Shown piece after piece: positions 1-12,953 of a stretch of 64,000 nt of DNA. Location: assembly GCA_951406725.2 (NCBI GenBank), contig OX597815.1, positions 21,948,001 through 22,012,000 of the forward strand, written 5' to 3'. Under the pieces are notes generated by a model, which worked only from the letters and a program-made list of their open reading frames with translations, had not been told where the DNA came from and ran no database searches. The stretch is from Octopus vulgaris (taxonomy: Eukaryota). Each line of letters opens with the position of its first letter. The stretch's first letter is position 1. A program made the translations under genes and the position numbers.

Positions 1-160
1 AAATTTGGACATGCCTGATATTTATTATATAAATACGGGGACATGAAAGGTAGAAATGCTTGCAGTATAAAATGTATTCTAATCTCCCAGAATATATATA
101 AAATAATAAAAAGATAACAAAAGCAGCTAGTTTTAAAATCTCTGTAAGAGTTGTGCGCAG

Positions 161-694
161 TAACTGTACTGGCAAGTTGTGTTGTCGCCTCTTCAACATG
201 GCTGTTCCATACGAACGGCGGTTACTGCGATTTTTAACCCCAAGAAGACATTTCCTCTAGTTGGTTAACGATTAATCTGCATCCGATATAGTGCGAGCTG
301 GGGAGCGAACACCTTCTAGCGATAGGACCAGCAGACCAGCCTGCTTTCGGGCTATATATGCTCTTCTTCAGTGCTGGACACATTATCTGCTGGAGATGGC
401 AGTAGTTCGCTTCTGTTCGTAATGTATAGAAATTCAAACGAAATTCAGTCGCTGATCATGCAACAAGCAAAGTAGCTAGTTGTAAAATAGCCCGAAAGCA
501 GGCTGGTCTGCTGGTCCTGTCGCTAGAAGGTGGTAGGATTTCTCTCCCCTACTCGCAATATATCGGTTGCAGGCTGCATTGTTAACCAGCTAGAGGAAAT
601 GTTTTTTTGGGATTTTAAAAATCATAGCAACGTCCTTTCGTACAGAACAGCGATGTTGAAGTGGCGACAAACATTACTTGCCAATAAAGAGTTA
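161..694. mobile_element. Fold-back element (inverted arms ~161-355 and ~487-694), probable Penelope-like inverted pseudo-LTR remnant
   Basis: 311-355 is the reverse complement of 487-531 with 1 mismatch. The outer arms (ggcaagttgtgttgtcgcctcttcaacatggctgttc vs gaacagcgatgttgaagtggcgacaaacattacttgcc) are recognisably complementary but more diverged. A hammerhead fold overlaps the left arm and spacer. Confidence 0.75.
328..377 (-). ncRNA. Type I hammerhead ribozyme motif (degenerate)
   Basis: Minus strand reads CCAGCA-CUGAAGA-A-GAGC(auauaua)GCCC-GAAA-GCAGGCUGG-UC-UGCUGG: perfect 6-bp stem I, canonical core, GUC site; one mismatch in stem II and a G-G at the base of stem III. Confidence 0.65.
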
Positions 695-1678
695 GTAAAA
701 CGAAAATTATTAAAACTTAACTAAAAATATTTAGACTACAATATTACATATCATTCTCTTTGATGCAGTGTAACCACACACATATACGCGCACGGGCACA
801 CACATGTATGTGTGTATATTTGTGTGTGTATGTGTGTATGTGTGCGTGCGTGCATATAGAGGGTGGAGAACGAAAACTGTAAAACAAGATAGGATAGTTT
901 CACAATCAATATCACTAGCTTGACATTCAGGGAAATGGAAAGAGTTAATTGCCATAACGTTTTGGACGTTGTCCTTCCTCAGACAGCGGAAAGAGAGGAG
1001 AAACTGGTAAAAGAAATAAATAAATAAAAATAAAAACAATAAAATGTGAAATCCAAGTGAAAAACCTCAAGCTAGCCGTTGATTGACCGGAAGTTGGATG
1101 GAGGTGAATTGAAATGTTTTACGACTTAAGAGCGAATGTAAGGACAGGCGTGCTGTGTTCTGTGTGTGTGTGTTTGTGTGTGAGTGTGTGTGTGTTTGTG
1201 TGTGTGCGTGTGTGTGTGTGTTAGCATGCATGAATGTATGTGCGATGTAGTAAACTATTTTCTGTGTGCGTGGTTCCTTGGGTGTTTGTTTTTGGTTGTG
1301 TATGCAATTGTGTCTGTGCGTGTGTATGTTTATACATGCCTGTATGTGTATGTGTGTACAGTTGCAGAAATATCTGTCATATTCTGTTGTGAGTTTGTGT
1401 GTTCATGTACACGTTGGTCATTAATTGACTGGAAGTTGACTGGTTGGCTAATGGGATTCTTGGACATATAAGAGCAAGGGGGTACATGTGACTGTTTATG
1501 TGTTAGTGCATGTGTGTGCATATGTGTCGTGTTAGTGTGTGTATGTGCGTGTCTATATGTGTGTGAGAGGGATGTAGAAAGCAATTATTCAGGGTGCGCG
1601 CGTAGCCATCTTTGTGTCATGCACTAATGTGTTTGTGTGTGGGAGGCTGCGTATGTTTGTGTATATCTTTTATATGTA

Positions 1679-1911
1679 AAGGCGGCGAGCTTGCAGAGAC
1701 GTTAGCACGCCGGGCGAAATGCGTAGCCGTATTTCGTCTGTTGTTACGTTCCGAGTTCAAATTCCGCTGAGGTCGACTTTGCCTTTCATCCTTTCGGGGT
1801 CGATAAATTAAGTACCAGTTACGCACTGGGGTCGATGTAATCGACTTAATCCGTTTGTCTGCCCTTGTTTGTCCCCTCTGTGTTTAGCCCCTTGTGGGTA
1901 GTAAAGAAATA
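1679..1911 (+). mobile_element. tRNA-derived SINE family A (GGCGGCGAGCTGGCAG head, Deu/Nin-like core)
   Basis: A-box-like start, B-box GAGTTCAAATTCC, core CCTTTCATCCTTTCGGGGTCGATAAATTAAGTACC, tail TAAAGAAATA; TSD tatatgta (1671-1678 / 1912-1919); many copies in the window. Confidence 0.9.
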
Positions 1912-2947
1912 TATATGTACAGGTTTGTGTGCGTTTTTGTGTATGTATGAACGCAGAAGTGTCTCTGTCATACTGTAATACGAATATATGTGTGGCGTGT
2001 AGATGTGTATGTGTACGTGTTTTTGATACCAGTATGGCTATGCCATGTGTTTTCAATGGTTGATTGTGTGTGTGTGCGTGAGTGAGCATTTCTGTGTATG
2101 TGTGCATGTGTTCTATGTGTATATGTGTAATCAATGTGTATCATTCGGCTGCTATGTCTAACTGATCGAGTAACTGTATTGAATTGCCTTGTAAGATGCC
2201 TGATGACAGATCGCCTTAATGGGTTATATTGGCCTGGGCTAATGAAAGCGCATGTGATAGGCATGTATGGGAAATACTGTGGAGACTAAAAACGCGTGTA
2301 GGTGCGACTTTATCTTACATTAATACTTTGGGATTAATTAAGTAGATTAAGCTAGTTGTTAAGTTTTATCCTTTTTAATAGTTGCAAGGAAGAAATTAAG
2401 CTGGTTTTCTTTCCATCTTCTGTCCCCTTTTTTTTAAAATCATTTATTGTGTTTTTATTCCCTATCCAATTTTTTTTTGTTCTTTTATAATTTACAGATA
2501 AAATTCTTTGCATTTCCTACTTCAGATCTAATTAATTATTTAGAAAGGATTTAAATGGGAATAATGAGAACTGGCCAAAGGAAACAAATCTCTGAATAGG
2601 ATCACACACTTAGACATTAAAAATCAATTACAAAAAAAAAAAAAAAATGCATACGGCTGTGCATACATTCATCTATACACACGCACATATTTATACGTGA
2701 GCGTGTGAATGCATGTATGTATGTGCGCGCATGTTTGAATATGCCAGTATGTATATGCTTAAGCATTCCAGTTGATGTCATTCAACAACATAGCAATAAA
2801 CATGAAATTGCGTTCAATCGTAGTTTCAGAAGCTAGCTATAAATATAACACATACAAGATTACTTGAATTTTCTTTCTAGATATAATACAAAAGGAGCAA
2901 ACCATCAAACGAATTTGATTACACACACACACACTCACACACACACA

Positions 2948-2994
<47 letters not shown>

Positions 2995-3299
2995 CGCACG
3001 CACGCACCCACGCAAACACTTCATGTTTGCTGATCCAATGGCTTGTTACTTTGAAATTTCTTCGATGTATTGCAGGCACCTTAGACAGGATAAACTGGAT
3101 AATAGATAAAGATTCACTACTGTAAGGATGGGAAGATTAGGACACATGATTTGCTAAACTTGCAAGCCGGTTCTTGACCGGAGAGAGAAGGGAAATACGG
3201 AATGAGGGAAAAGAAAGAGACTATAAAAGTGCACACGTACGCAGAAATACACTTTACACGCATCAGACTTAGTTTGAGCTAAGACCAACCTAAAATACA

Positions 3300-3762
3300 C
3301 TAGCACATTCTACTTTGGTATGAAAACCAAGCTGATAATACTTACGTTTATTGGTAAATATTTACTGATTATCACTAATAAATATTTCTCCATAACGACG
3401 CTACATTTAGATTGAGGGATGGGTTGAACAAGGCTATCTTTATTTTTCCTGGTTTGTTTGGGGTCTTGGTCCGTTTCTTTATTAAACACTGGGTGTTTAG
3501 TGTAATGTTTCTTTAAGCTAACTTTTATGTTAAGATTTCATCATGGAATGCATCCTGGTCGAATACAGTTTTATCTACAGATGTTAAGAAATGCTTTTAC
3601 TTACGTTGTAAATCAAGCTTTTTATTACTGAAGGTGATTGTTTAGAATGCCTATTTATATAGTGATTCTTCTTTGTGTTTTCCTGCGGTTAAGTTTAGAG
3701 TTATACCCAAAAAGCTGACTACGAGTAGGTTAGTTTGGATGGATATTCTGAGGTTATATTTC
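3300..3762 (-). pseudogene. Penelope-like element RT C-terminal/thumb relic
   Basis: Frameshifted minus-strand translation YNLRISIQTNLLVVSFLGITLNLTAGK / YINRHSKQSPSVIK / ...LFNPSLNLNV resembles the PLE motifs NLKxVNFLDITLNL, YINxxSNHPPSIIK and WFNPPFS. Confidence 0.7.
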
Positions 3763-4089
3763 TTTCTTTTAAGTAATAGAATTCATGCTCACCCATACTA
3801 GACCCTAGTGCGCAGTCTCAATGTGACTGAACCTACTATGTAGGAGTCTATCGAATTTATTTCCTGCATATGAAATCGCGCTAATTAGCGTAATTCGGTT
3901 CCATCATAATTACTTGAGGGTTCGTTATCCGTCATAACGCTTGAGAGCTCGTTATTTTTCTTTGCCTAGAAAAATGTCCGACCTATAATTTAGAGTGATA
4001 CACACATTTGAATATTTGAGTTAGTTATTTGAAACATCGCTGAATCTGAAACAAAAGTAACGGCCTAATCCCCAGCTTAAATGAATATG

Positions 4090-4891
4090 TCAACAAACTT
4101 TATCCACCAGATTTCTCTTCTATTTAACCTGGCTAGAAGAATCCGAACAGGATGTTCAAAATAAAAGACTCCTTGAATTAAAACAGGTGCTATTTGAAAG
4201 AAAGTGACTGTCGATTCTAATAAAGAATCAAATAGAACGCGCCAAAGCAGTAGACATTGAGGAACTACGAAAAGCCCAAAACGGTTCAGATACACTGATA
4301 ACTGTATCTTTGATTACAACACAGAAACTAAGAAACATAGAAACCTTCAGCATTATCCATTAAAACATACCGTTATTGAACCAAGAACAAATGACGAAAG
4401 CAGGAACTTGCATCATACAAAGTAATTAAATGTAAAAGGCAACCAAAATCCCTAAAACAACTGTTTAGCAACGCGACATTTTCAACTACGGACTCAACAT
4501 CAACAGTTAAAATGTGGGACTGATCCACTTGTGAAACTTATGAGAACCAAGTTAAGGACACAACATACAAATTTAAATAAGGATAAGATTTTACTGTAAA
4601 AAAACCCATAAAAAAATTAATGCATGCCATCAAATGCAATGAATGCAGGGAAGACCACATTGGAAAAACTAAACACACTGCAAGCATGAGAATAAACATT
4701 CATCATCAACAAATACCTGATCCCAAACCAAAACAAATTCCACTTAGTGGACATCTGAACAAATGCACAAAAATCAAATCTAAATTTTTTGTCTCCCCAC
4801 TCTATCAATGTGCAGACAACACCCCAGACTAAAAACATTTAATAAGGAAAGTTCGTTTATTAAAAAATATAAACCACTCCTAAACAGGATA
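4090..4891 (+). pseudogene. Penelope-like element relic: RT C-terminus, Cys-linker and GIY-YIG endonuclease
   Basis: Fragments FNLARRI, IERAKAVDIEELRK, RQPKSLKQL, and ORF 4620-4832 (AIKCNECREDHIGKT...RINIHHQQIPDPKPKQIPLSGHLNKC) match the PLE pattern YxIxCxxCxxxYIGET...H; stops and frameshifts present. Confidence 0.75.
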
Positions 4892-5590
4892 GAAAAAAAC
4901 ATCAGTAATACACGTGTCTCATTCTCCTATGAATTATTGTAGAATGTTTACTTTGGGTCGTTCTTAAGAAACCAAAATTCATGTAGCAGGTGACATGTTT
5001 TATTTACTTCACACTTCGTTATCTTACTTATTCCACATCTTGTTAACATAAAAGGGATATGTTTTAGCATGTTCATTTAGAGGGAACTGACACTAATTGA
5101 TAACATTATTCTTCGATAGAATAATAAATAATAATTATCTATAATACTTTTATGTAAACACTTAGTACATCACCTATACACATCTCTTTTTTTTGTAACT
5201 ATAACGGCGGTGCATCAGCATGGCCACAACTCTGAGCTGAAACTAGAGAGAATATATATAACTGTCATAAAACATATCCAGTGGAGAAAAGCTTTTATGT
5301 GACCTTCTCACGCGACTGTCACATGACCGTTGACCAATCAATTTGTATGTTAACGGATAGCATTCTGAGTCACATTTATACTTTAAAAACAAATTCATTT
5401 TTATAACAACGGCCAGAATAGACATAATTTGTGACATAACTCCATATACTATACACTTTTGAAAATCTAAATTGAAACTGGTAAAATGCATTCCTAGATT
5501 TCAAAATATAATTAAATTCTAATTAATTTTATTATATTCTCTGTGCATTTTCAAATTCATTTCTTCTATTCCTCCACTTGTTTGGAATTG

Positions 5591-5686
<96 letters not shown>

Positions 5687-5843
5687 GTCTGTATGTCTGT
5701 CTATCTATCTATCTGTCTGTCTGTCTGTCTGTCTATAACTGTGCGTGTGTACATGGGCGTGTGTATGTGTGTACATGTAATAAATGCATACATGCGTACG
5801 CACACGCACACGTACACACATGCACGCACAGACGCGCACACAC

Positions 5844-5898
<55 letters not shown>
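5591..5898. repeat. (TCTA)n, (TCTG)n and (CA)n microsatellite cluster
   Basis: Directly visible tandem repeats. Confidence 0.95.
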
Positions 5899-5899
<1 letters not shown>

Positions 5900-6572
5900 T
5901 AAAATGCCTTTTTCTTTTCGAAGTGGACAATTCATAATAAAAAAATAATCTAGGCCTAAGACACCCTCGTCAGAATTTAAATGAATTATAGCAAATCTAG
6001 AGGTTCACTCGAAACCTTTCTGATATTTTATTAATAATTTAAATTCCAGGATGCTTCTAAATAATTCTCTAACGTTTTTTTTTTAAATACCTATATGACC
6101 TCATCTCTCAAGCGATAGCAAGTGATGTAAAAGGGATCATTGCAAATGTTACACAGATGAGATTGTTTAAGAGTTATGTGGCCATAGCGAAACTCGATGA
6201 GATCATTGAGCATTTGTATAAGAATTTTTAGTTTTATGAAATATAACCTCAGATGAGAGATTTGCAAACAGATTATCTGTAATCTGGAGCGAAGTTTCGA
6301 GTAAATCTCTATATGTACATTACATTTCTAATGAGGATTAACACTGGTACGAGAGGAGAGTTGTTGTCCCGTTCCTAGCACATATATTTTATCGATTGTC
6401 ACAAAATACGAACTCGGATTGCAGTAATACGAAAATAAATAATGATTATACTACCTCAATATTCTCTTAATAATTGTTACCTCATCGATTTTAATAATAA
6501 TAACTTCTCACGAAAATAAAATTATAGCGGAGAAGAAATACTCATTTGAATTGGCTCATGTTATTATTGACC

Positions 6573-6741
6573 TTCGTTCTGAGTTCAAATTCCGCCGAGG
6601 TCGACTTTGTTTTTCATCTTTTCGGGGTCGATTAAATAAGTACCAGTTACGCACTGGGGTCGATATAATCGACTTAACCCGTTTGTCTGTCCTTGTTTGT
6701 CCTCTTTGTGTTTATCCCCGTGTGGGTAGTAAAGAAATAGG
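6573..6741 (+). mobile_element. 5'-truncated SINE family A
   Basis: Starts at the B-box region and has the complete core and tail; TSD tattattgacc (6562-6572 / 6742-6752). Confidence 0.85.
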
Positions 6742-8109
6742 TATTATTGACCCTCATTTTACTTTTAAGAATGAAAATCGAAGTAACGGGTTAGAATTGG
6801 AACTTAGAAGTTAGCTTGACAAAGCACAAAAACTCAACACGTTTATACTGCAACATTTTACTATTTTTGCTACTCAACTATTCTCTATTATGTAATAATA
6901 TTTACTTTGTTAACTTTCTAGAAAATAATAATGTACATTCTTTTAACTATGGTAAAAGTTGAATCTTTCTTCCTCGTTTCAGGTACTAAAAGCAATGGCA
7001 TTTTCTCCAGCAGTCAAGCAAAGAAGTCTGTACTTAATTGTGAAAGCATTACGTTAAATCATTGGCAAAATATCCTACACATAACACGTCTGAGCACTTA
7101 CAAACTTATAATATTCGGTGGAATTTAAATTAGCCACATTACCAGCGTCGTTATGCAATATATTTCTTCTTTTGATAACGATTGTGTCATTTGATTGACT
7201 CTGCCTAAGCACGATGTACACAGGAAAATACGTTTATAATAGAAAACTACACAAATGTATAAAGAAATAACTCTCTAAAAAGACCGAGATCTATGAGAAT
7301 AAATATACCTTTCAAATCTTAATGATGTTAATATTTCAAGAATGTGAAAAGAAAGCATAGAACCTGATAGTCTCCATTACCCTTTCAAAATTTTCTCGAA
7401 CATAATTTCATTATTTATAATGAAACATGTTCATTGACAAAATTATTGCTAGGATATTTCATTTAACTGGAAAAAGATTTCACTGATACGTAGTTTTAGC
7501 AAAAGCAACTTTTAAACCTACTTATTTCCTGTTGTTACAGCTGCTTTTTTTTGTGAAGTGGCAGCAAAATAATAGGAACAACGCTGGTGTCAACAGCTAA
7601 ATTAATGGAAGTATAAATTAATGATAATAATAAAAACATTAGCAAAACAACCAACGAAAGGAACACAAGTACACGATAATATAGAGTCTAATATGAACAA
7701 AGATGCCAGTATCAATAAGCTGAAAGGAAAATCTTTATCTTGTCTCTGTGCTGTCAACTTCCACGTATTGTTATATCTTTGCTGTGGCTAAACCGGAATG
7801 AATGAATATATTTCTATTCTATTTCATTATTAGAAGTGTACATGCAAGAAAAAAAAATGTAATTAAAGACAATACAATAACTTAAGAAGTATTAGTAATC
7901 AACCTACAAATTAGAAAATCGTGAATGAATAGATCAGGCCTTTAGATACTTGCAATACTATCAGATAATCAATAGTTCTCTCAAAAGTTATTTATAACCT
8001 CACAGTCAAGCACAATATATAAATAGGGTCTTGTTACCAATATTCAATATTTCTACCAAGAAGTGTGGTATCAAGAATATACCATGCTTTGCTAGAAAGC
8101 GGTGTCAAA

Positions 8110-8158
8110 ATGCATTCCATCAGAGATTTGTCAGTAATATGGCCACTATTATGGGCAG
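8110..8158 (+). CDS. Ret: Ret-like receptor tyrosine kinase, first coding exon (signal peptide)
   Basis: ATG at 8110 gives MHSIRDLSVIWPLLWA-G, followed by a strong CAG|GTGAGT donor in phase 1. It joins in frame to the 17173 exon to give a hydrophobic signal peptide (...WAGCVC-LYFPQ). Confidence 0.65.
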
Positions 8159-8874
8159 GTGAGTAATATTTCCCTGTGAATTTTATTTGTTTTATGCTTT
8201 AATTTCTGTAAGGTGTCCGATTTATTTATAGATATCGATGTTGTTAAAAACAATCGTGTTAAAGAAAAGTCTTCAAAGATTTCGACTCTATTTTGCGTAA
8301 GCATAAGACTGGTGGATCAAATATACTATTCGATCGTCATTCTAGCTTTGTTTATTGTGTGAATCAAATCTTCAAAATGTAGAATTTAAAATGTCACCTC
8401 ATTTTCGAAGATATCAAATATAATTCAGGTAATGTTTATTCGATAACTTATAAACAATTGATAAATTATATTTTCAAATTCTTGTAATTATTTGACTGTA
8501 AATCTTATGATAAAATTAAGATAAAAGCTATTTTAAGAATGCATTTTATAGAAAAAAAATGTATACTATTTAATTTTACAAAATCGGCCAACCTTATTAA
8601 ATCTTAGAAAGAGATTGACACGTTCATAGATAGTTTATCTGAATATTCTATATTCTAAAGGGCAGAAAAATCATTTTGAAAATTTTCTATTGGTATAAAA
8701 TTCCGCTGCATTGTATTTGTAGATATAAATTTTGAATAAAGTTTGTAGATATAAGTTTTGAATACGATTTTCAGTAGCATATTAGGACAAAGATATATAA
8801 TTAAACATGAATGTAGGCAATAATGCTTCACTGCATACCATAATATATTACTCATTTTATAGTATACACCAAAG

Positions 8875-9129
8875 AACGGTGAGGTGGCAGAATCGTTAGC
8901 ACGTCGGACAAAATGCTTAGCGGCATTTTGTCTGTCTTTACGTTGTGATTTCAAATTCCACTGAGGTCACTAAAATAAGTACCAGTGAAACACTGGGATC
9001 GACTGGTACTTATTTTATCGAGCCCGAAAGGATGAAAGGCAAAGTCGAATTCGGTGGAATGCAAAGACAGACGCAATGCCGCTAAGCATTTTGCCCGATG
9101 TGCTAACCATTCTGCCAGCTCGCCGCCTT
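8875..9129. mobile_element. Two partial family A SINEs in inverted (tail-to-tail) arrangement
   Basis: Plus-strand head at ~8875-9000 and minus-strand copy at ~9001-9129 ending CCAGCTCGCCGCC. Confidence 0.85.
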
Positions 9130-9188
9130 TATATCTAAAAGAATATTAGCTCTTTTTTCTTTTTTAGTTTATACAAACTTTCCAATAT

Positions 9189-9330
<142 letters not shown>

Positions 9331-9345
9331 GTCTATCTATCTATC

Positions 9346-9506
9346 AATTTTTTTAAAAAATTTTATTCCCCCCTTTTTGTCCTCTTTCTTTCCCTTTACG
9401 ATCCCTTTTGATCGAAAACCAAACCCCCTTTTTTTACCACCAAAAGAAAAGCTCTACCTTGTAATTTGTCCTGTCTGTGTGCAGCCCTGTGTGGCTAATA
9501 AAGAAA
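9346..9506 (+). mobile_element. 3' end fragment of a Tx1/L1-like LINE embedded in (TCTA)n
   Basis: Near-identical to 22300-22477; flanked on both sides by (TCTA)n arrays (9190-9345 and 9509-9660). Confidence 0.7.
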
Positions 9507-9508
9507 TA

Positions 9509-9641
<133 letters not shown>

Positions 9642-12426
9642 GCCTGTCTGTCTGTCTATCCGTCTAAGTGAACATTCTCGGTTCCGATTTATTCACTGGA
9701 GGGTTCACAGGAGATTTCGATGTGCTGAATTGCTTGAGAAATTTTTATTTAAGCGAACAATGCAACAATCTATTTCGCGTTTTATTGCTTTTAGTATTCA
9801 CGTTAGTCCAGCTGATTCACCCCTTTAGTTTTCTACTGAAACTGTTTTGTTTCTCTAATATTATATTGATTTTTTTTTCTTTACACACAAGTCTATTTAT
9901 TTAAGATTTGAATATAGTCAGATGAATCAATGCTAGGATATGACTGGTGCATATATTATTGACTCTTGAGAAATAAAACCCTCACTAAATACCTTCACTG
10001 TAATCTAAATTTGAGAAGCAAATAGAATAAGACGTACTATTATGTATCTTCTTCAACGGTATGTTTTAATTAACTTTTTTTTTAATAAGTTCATCAAGAC
10101 CACAGGAATATATAACACAACAATATTGGTGATGATAAGACCTTTAACAGTCTTTGTAAATATTAACAGTTGACTAAAGCTGGATGAGATGTTTGATGAT
10201 ATATTGATTTTGGTGGCAATAACGATTGTTAAAACGATAAAGATGATAACCAGAATCACATTGCTAATGTTAACGCAGAAGAAATGAACCATATTGACAA
10301 CATTAAACAAAAATACAAGTCTAGCATAGAATCTAGTAATGCTAATTGTGGCAATGATATATATTGGTAAGCAGGGGCGTTAAGAATTATTTGATTTAAA
10401 CTGGCATATAAAGATAGAGCAAAGAATAAAAGGATGATGTGGCAAAATGCACTAGTAAGTGACAAAATAAGTTGAGGTCGGAAATAAGGAGGATGAGATA
10501 ATGACAAAAAGCGAAAAAATCATTTAGCATGACTATGTTTAAAGTGTGAAACAAAGTGTGCTGGACAAAGTTGTTAAAATGCACTGAAAAAGGACAGTAA
10601 AGAGGTGAATGTACTAAGTTCTAATATAATAAATTGTCACTGCACCAGACTCTAAATCATTTCGCTGCTATAAACAAGGAATAACGTTTAGAATAAATTG
10701 ATGAGCCTCATACTCCATATCTCTGTTTTTCTCACTCATTTCCGAGTAAAATATTTTAGTGTTTTTACTTATTAAAGATGATATGGAAATGATGAGGATG
10801 GTTAAGCTGTTTAAAAAAAAATGGGGAAAACAGTTTTATTAAAATGAAAGAAAAGAAAAATAACGAAAAATGGTGTATGATGTTGACATTAAACTTTTCT
10901 CCCACATGTAGCAATGATGAGGAAAACAGGGTAAAAAATACAACTACACTGCAAAAAGGTTCGTGAAAGTCATGCCTTCAGTGAGGTTTACACAAGCCAG
11001 ATTGACTCACTTCATTGCTTGCCGTTCTATTGAACTTATTTTTGTAATCTAACGAAATTCTTTAAAGATTAGCTATTCCTGCTACTCGAAGTAATGAACA
11101 TTTTCAACTTGTAATACTTTAAACTAGCTGATACAGACCACTGAAAGTTAAGTAGATTTAAAGAAGGAAACAGTGCAATAAAGTTTCAGTTAGCACTCTA
11201 GTAGCTAATAAATTTAGTATCTAATAAATTTAGTCAGCTGCCACGTTGAAATAGCTATAAACGAATCAAATTTAAGCTGCAGACTTGTCATAAAAAGAAC
11301 TTACCTAGCTTTACTCCACTACGAATACATTGTTAGTATTGAAAATAAATAATCTTTTATTCCACAGTTACGAAATTTCAAACTAAAAGGTGAAATAAAT
11401 TTTCAAAATTTTCTCAAAGACACTTAAGATTGCAATTGTAAATCAAAATCCTGAAAAGATCTTATTACTGAAAAGATCTTATCAACAGAAAGGGGTTACA
11501 TGAAATTCACGGAATAATAATTTATTGCGCTTGGAATTAGAGGAGTAATGAAAAAGAACTTGTGATACTTATACTTTCTCGTATGTAGGTATGGGTATAA
11601 ATTACAACAATCTACTATAAATGTTAGCCAACACTGATTGTTACGTTGCATGTAAACACAACGTCAATACAATATATCCGTAGAGAGAAAAAGAGGGAAA
11701 CTAGGAAGATGCACATTTCGATCCCAGTCTAGCTTATCTTCAGCAACTGTTCGTCTTCCTTAGATGTCCACAGGCATACTGCTTATAAAGCCTCTAATAT
11801 TCGAGTATTAGATTGAACTGGATAAATCAGTTTGTATATTTAGTGCATTCTTAGCAGCTGTTTCGAACATTAACTTACTGATGTATTTGGTCGCGTTGTA
11901 CAATGTACTATAGAACATATCTATATTAGTATTAACCAATACTGTGTTTACGGCGGATAAAAACAATACTTCTATACAATATGCTCATGGATTGAAAAAG
12001 AGAGACAGATGTACCTGCAAGTTTCAATTCTATTTCTTAAATAGCCCTTCGTTCTGAAGGGCTTCTAACAAACAAATAGATACGAATAATTATATAAAAT
12101 AAAGTATTGTGACAACGTGTGTCTGGATCCTGCATTGATCTACTTAGTCATACAAGGGTCTTTAGTGGTTGAAGTTGAGAAAAATCATTCTCGACTCCGT
12201 TGGATTGCCGACAAAGATGACGGATATGTGGCTTATAAATTCTAATAAGTACAATAAGCATATATTTAACCTTGAAATGTATATAACTCCTGTGATAAAG
12301 ACACAGGGCGCTCTCTACAGGAGAAAATGATTTACGTCTCAATTAGTTTCGCTTGAAAATGATCTCAAGAGTGTTTTCTTCATTAATTCTATCTGCATAC
12401 ACTAGAGAGAGGGGGAAGGAAGAGGG

Positions 12427-12481
<55 letters not shown>

Positions 12482-12919
12482 GAAAGAGTAGGGAGAGAGA
12501 GAGAGAAACTTACAATTACTATAAAATTGCCTCACAGGGACTGACTCTAGTCGACTGATCTGAGAACTACACCTTTATTATAAGCATAAACTGACAGAAT
12601 CGTTTCGTGGCTCGCAGCCACGCCGGAAGGTGAATATAGTACTGAATCGGATGAAATTGACTTACGAAGGGAAAGAACTCCCTCAAAGTACTGCACATAG
12701 AATTAGCTTACTCTAAGTAATTAATGTGTTCACCATCAAATTTACGGATATACAGACAAGTAGAGGCAGTCTCTGCGACTCATTTTTATAGTTGCTGTAA
12801 GTTACTCTCTCTCCCGTAGCTATTACGTGTGGTCACACATATTTCTTCTACATCATGTGTCCGAAGTTATATATTCTCTCTCGGTCTCTTTCTAGATAGA
12901 TAGATAGATAGATAGAAAT

Positions 12920-12953
<34 letters not shown>

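Noticed and set aside
2193-2250. CTGATGA followed distantly by GAAAG
   Set aside because: No supporting stem I or stem II and no valid cleavage triplet.
5998-6311. 18-bp imperfect inverted repeat (5998-6015 / 6294-6311)
   Set aside because: No TSD, internal homology or second copy seen; too weak to call a MITE.
11205-11483. Short local tandem duplications (also the 19-bp unit at 28880-28917)
   Set aside because: Ordinary slippage duplications with no spacers; not CRISPR-like.
12598-12632. Hairpin CGTGGCT/AGCCACG next to GAAAC on the minus strand
   Set aside because: No recognisable hammerhead core upstream.
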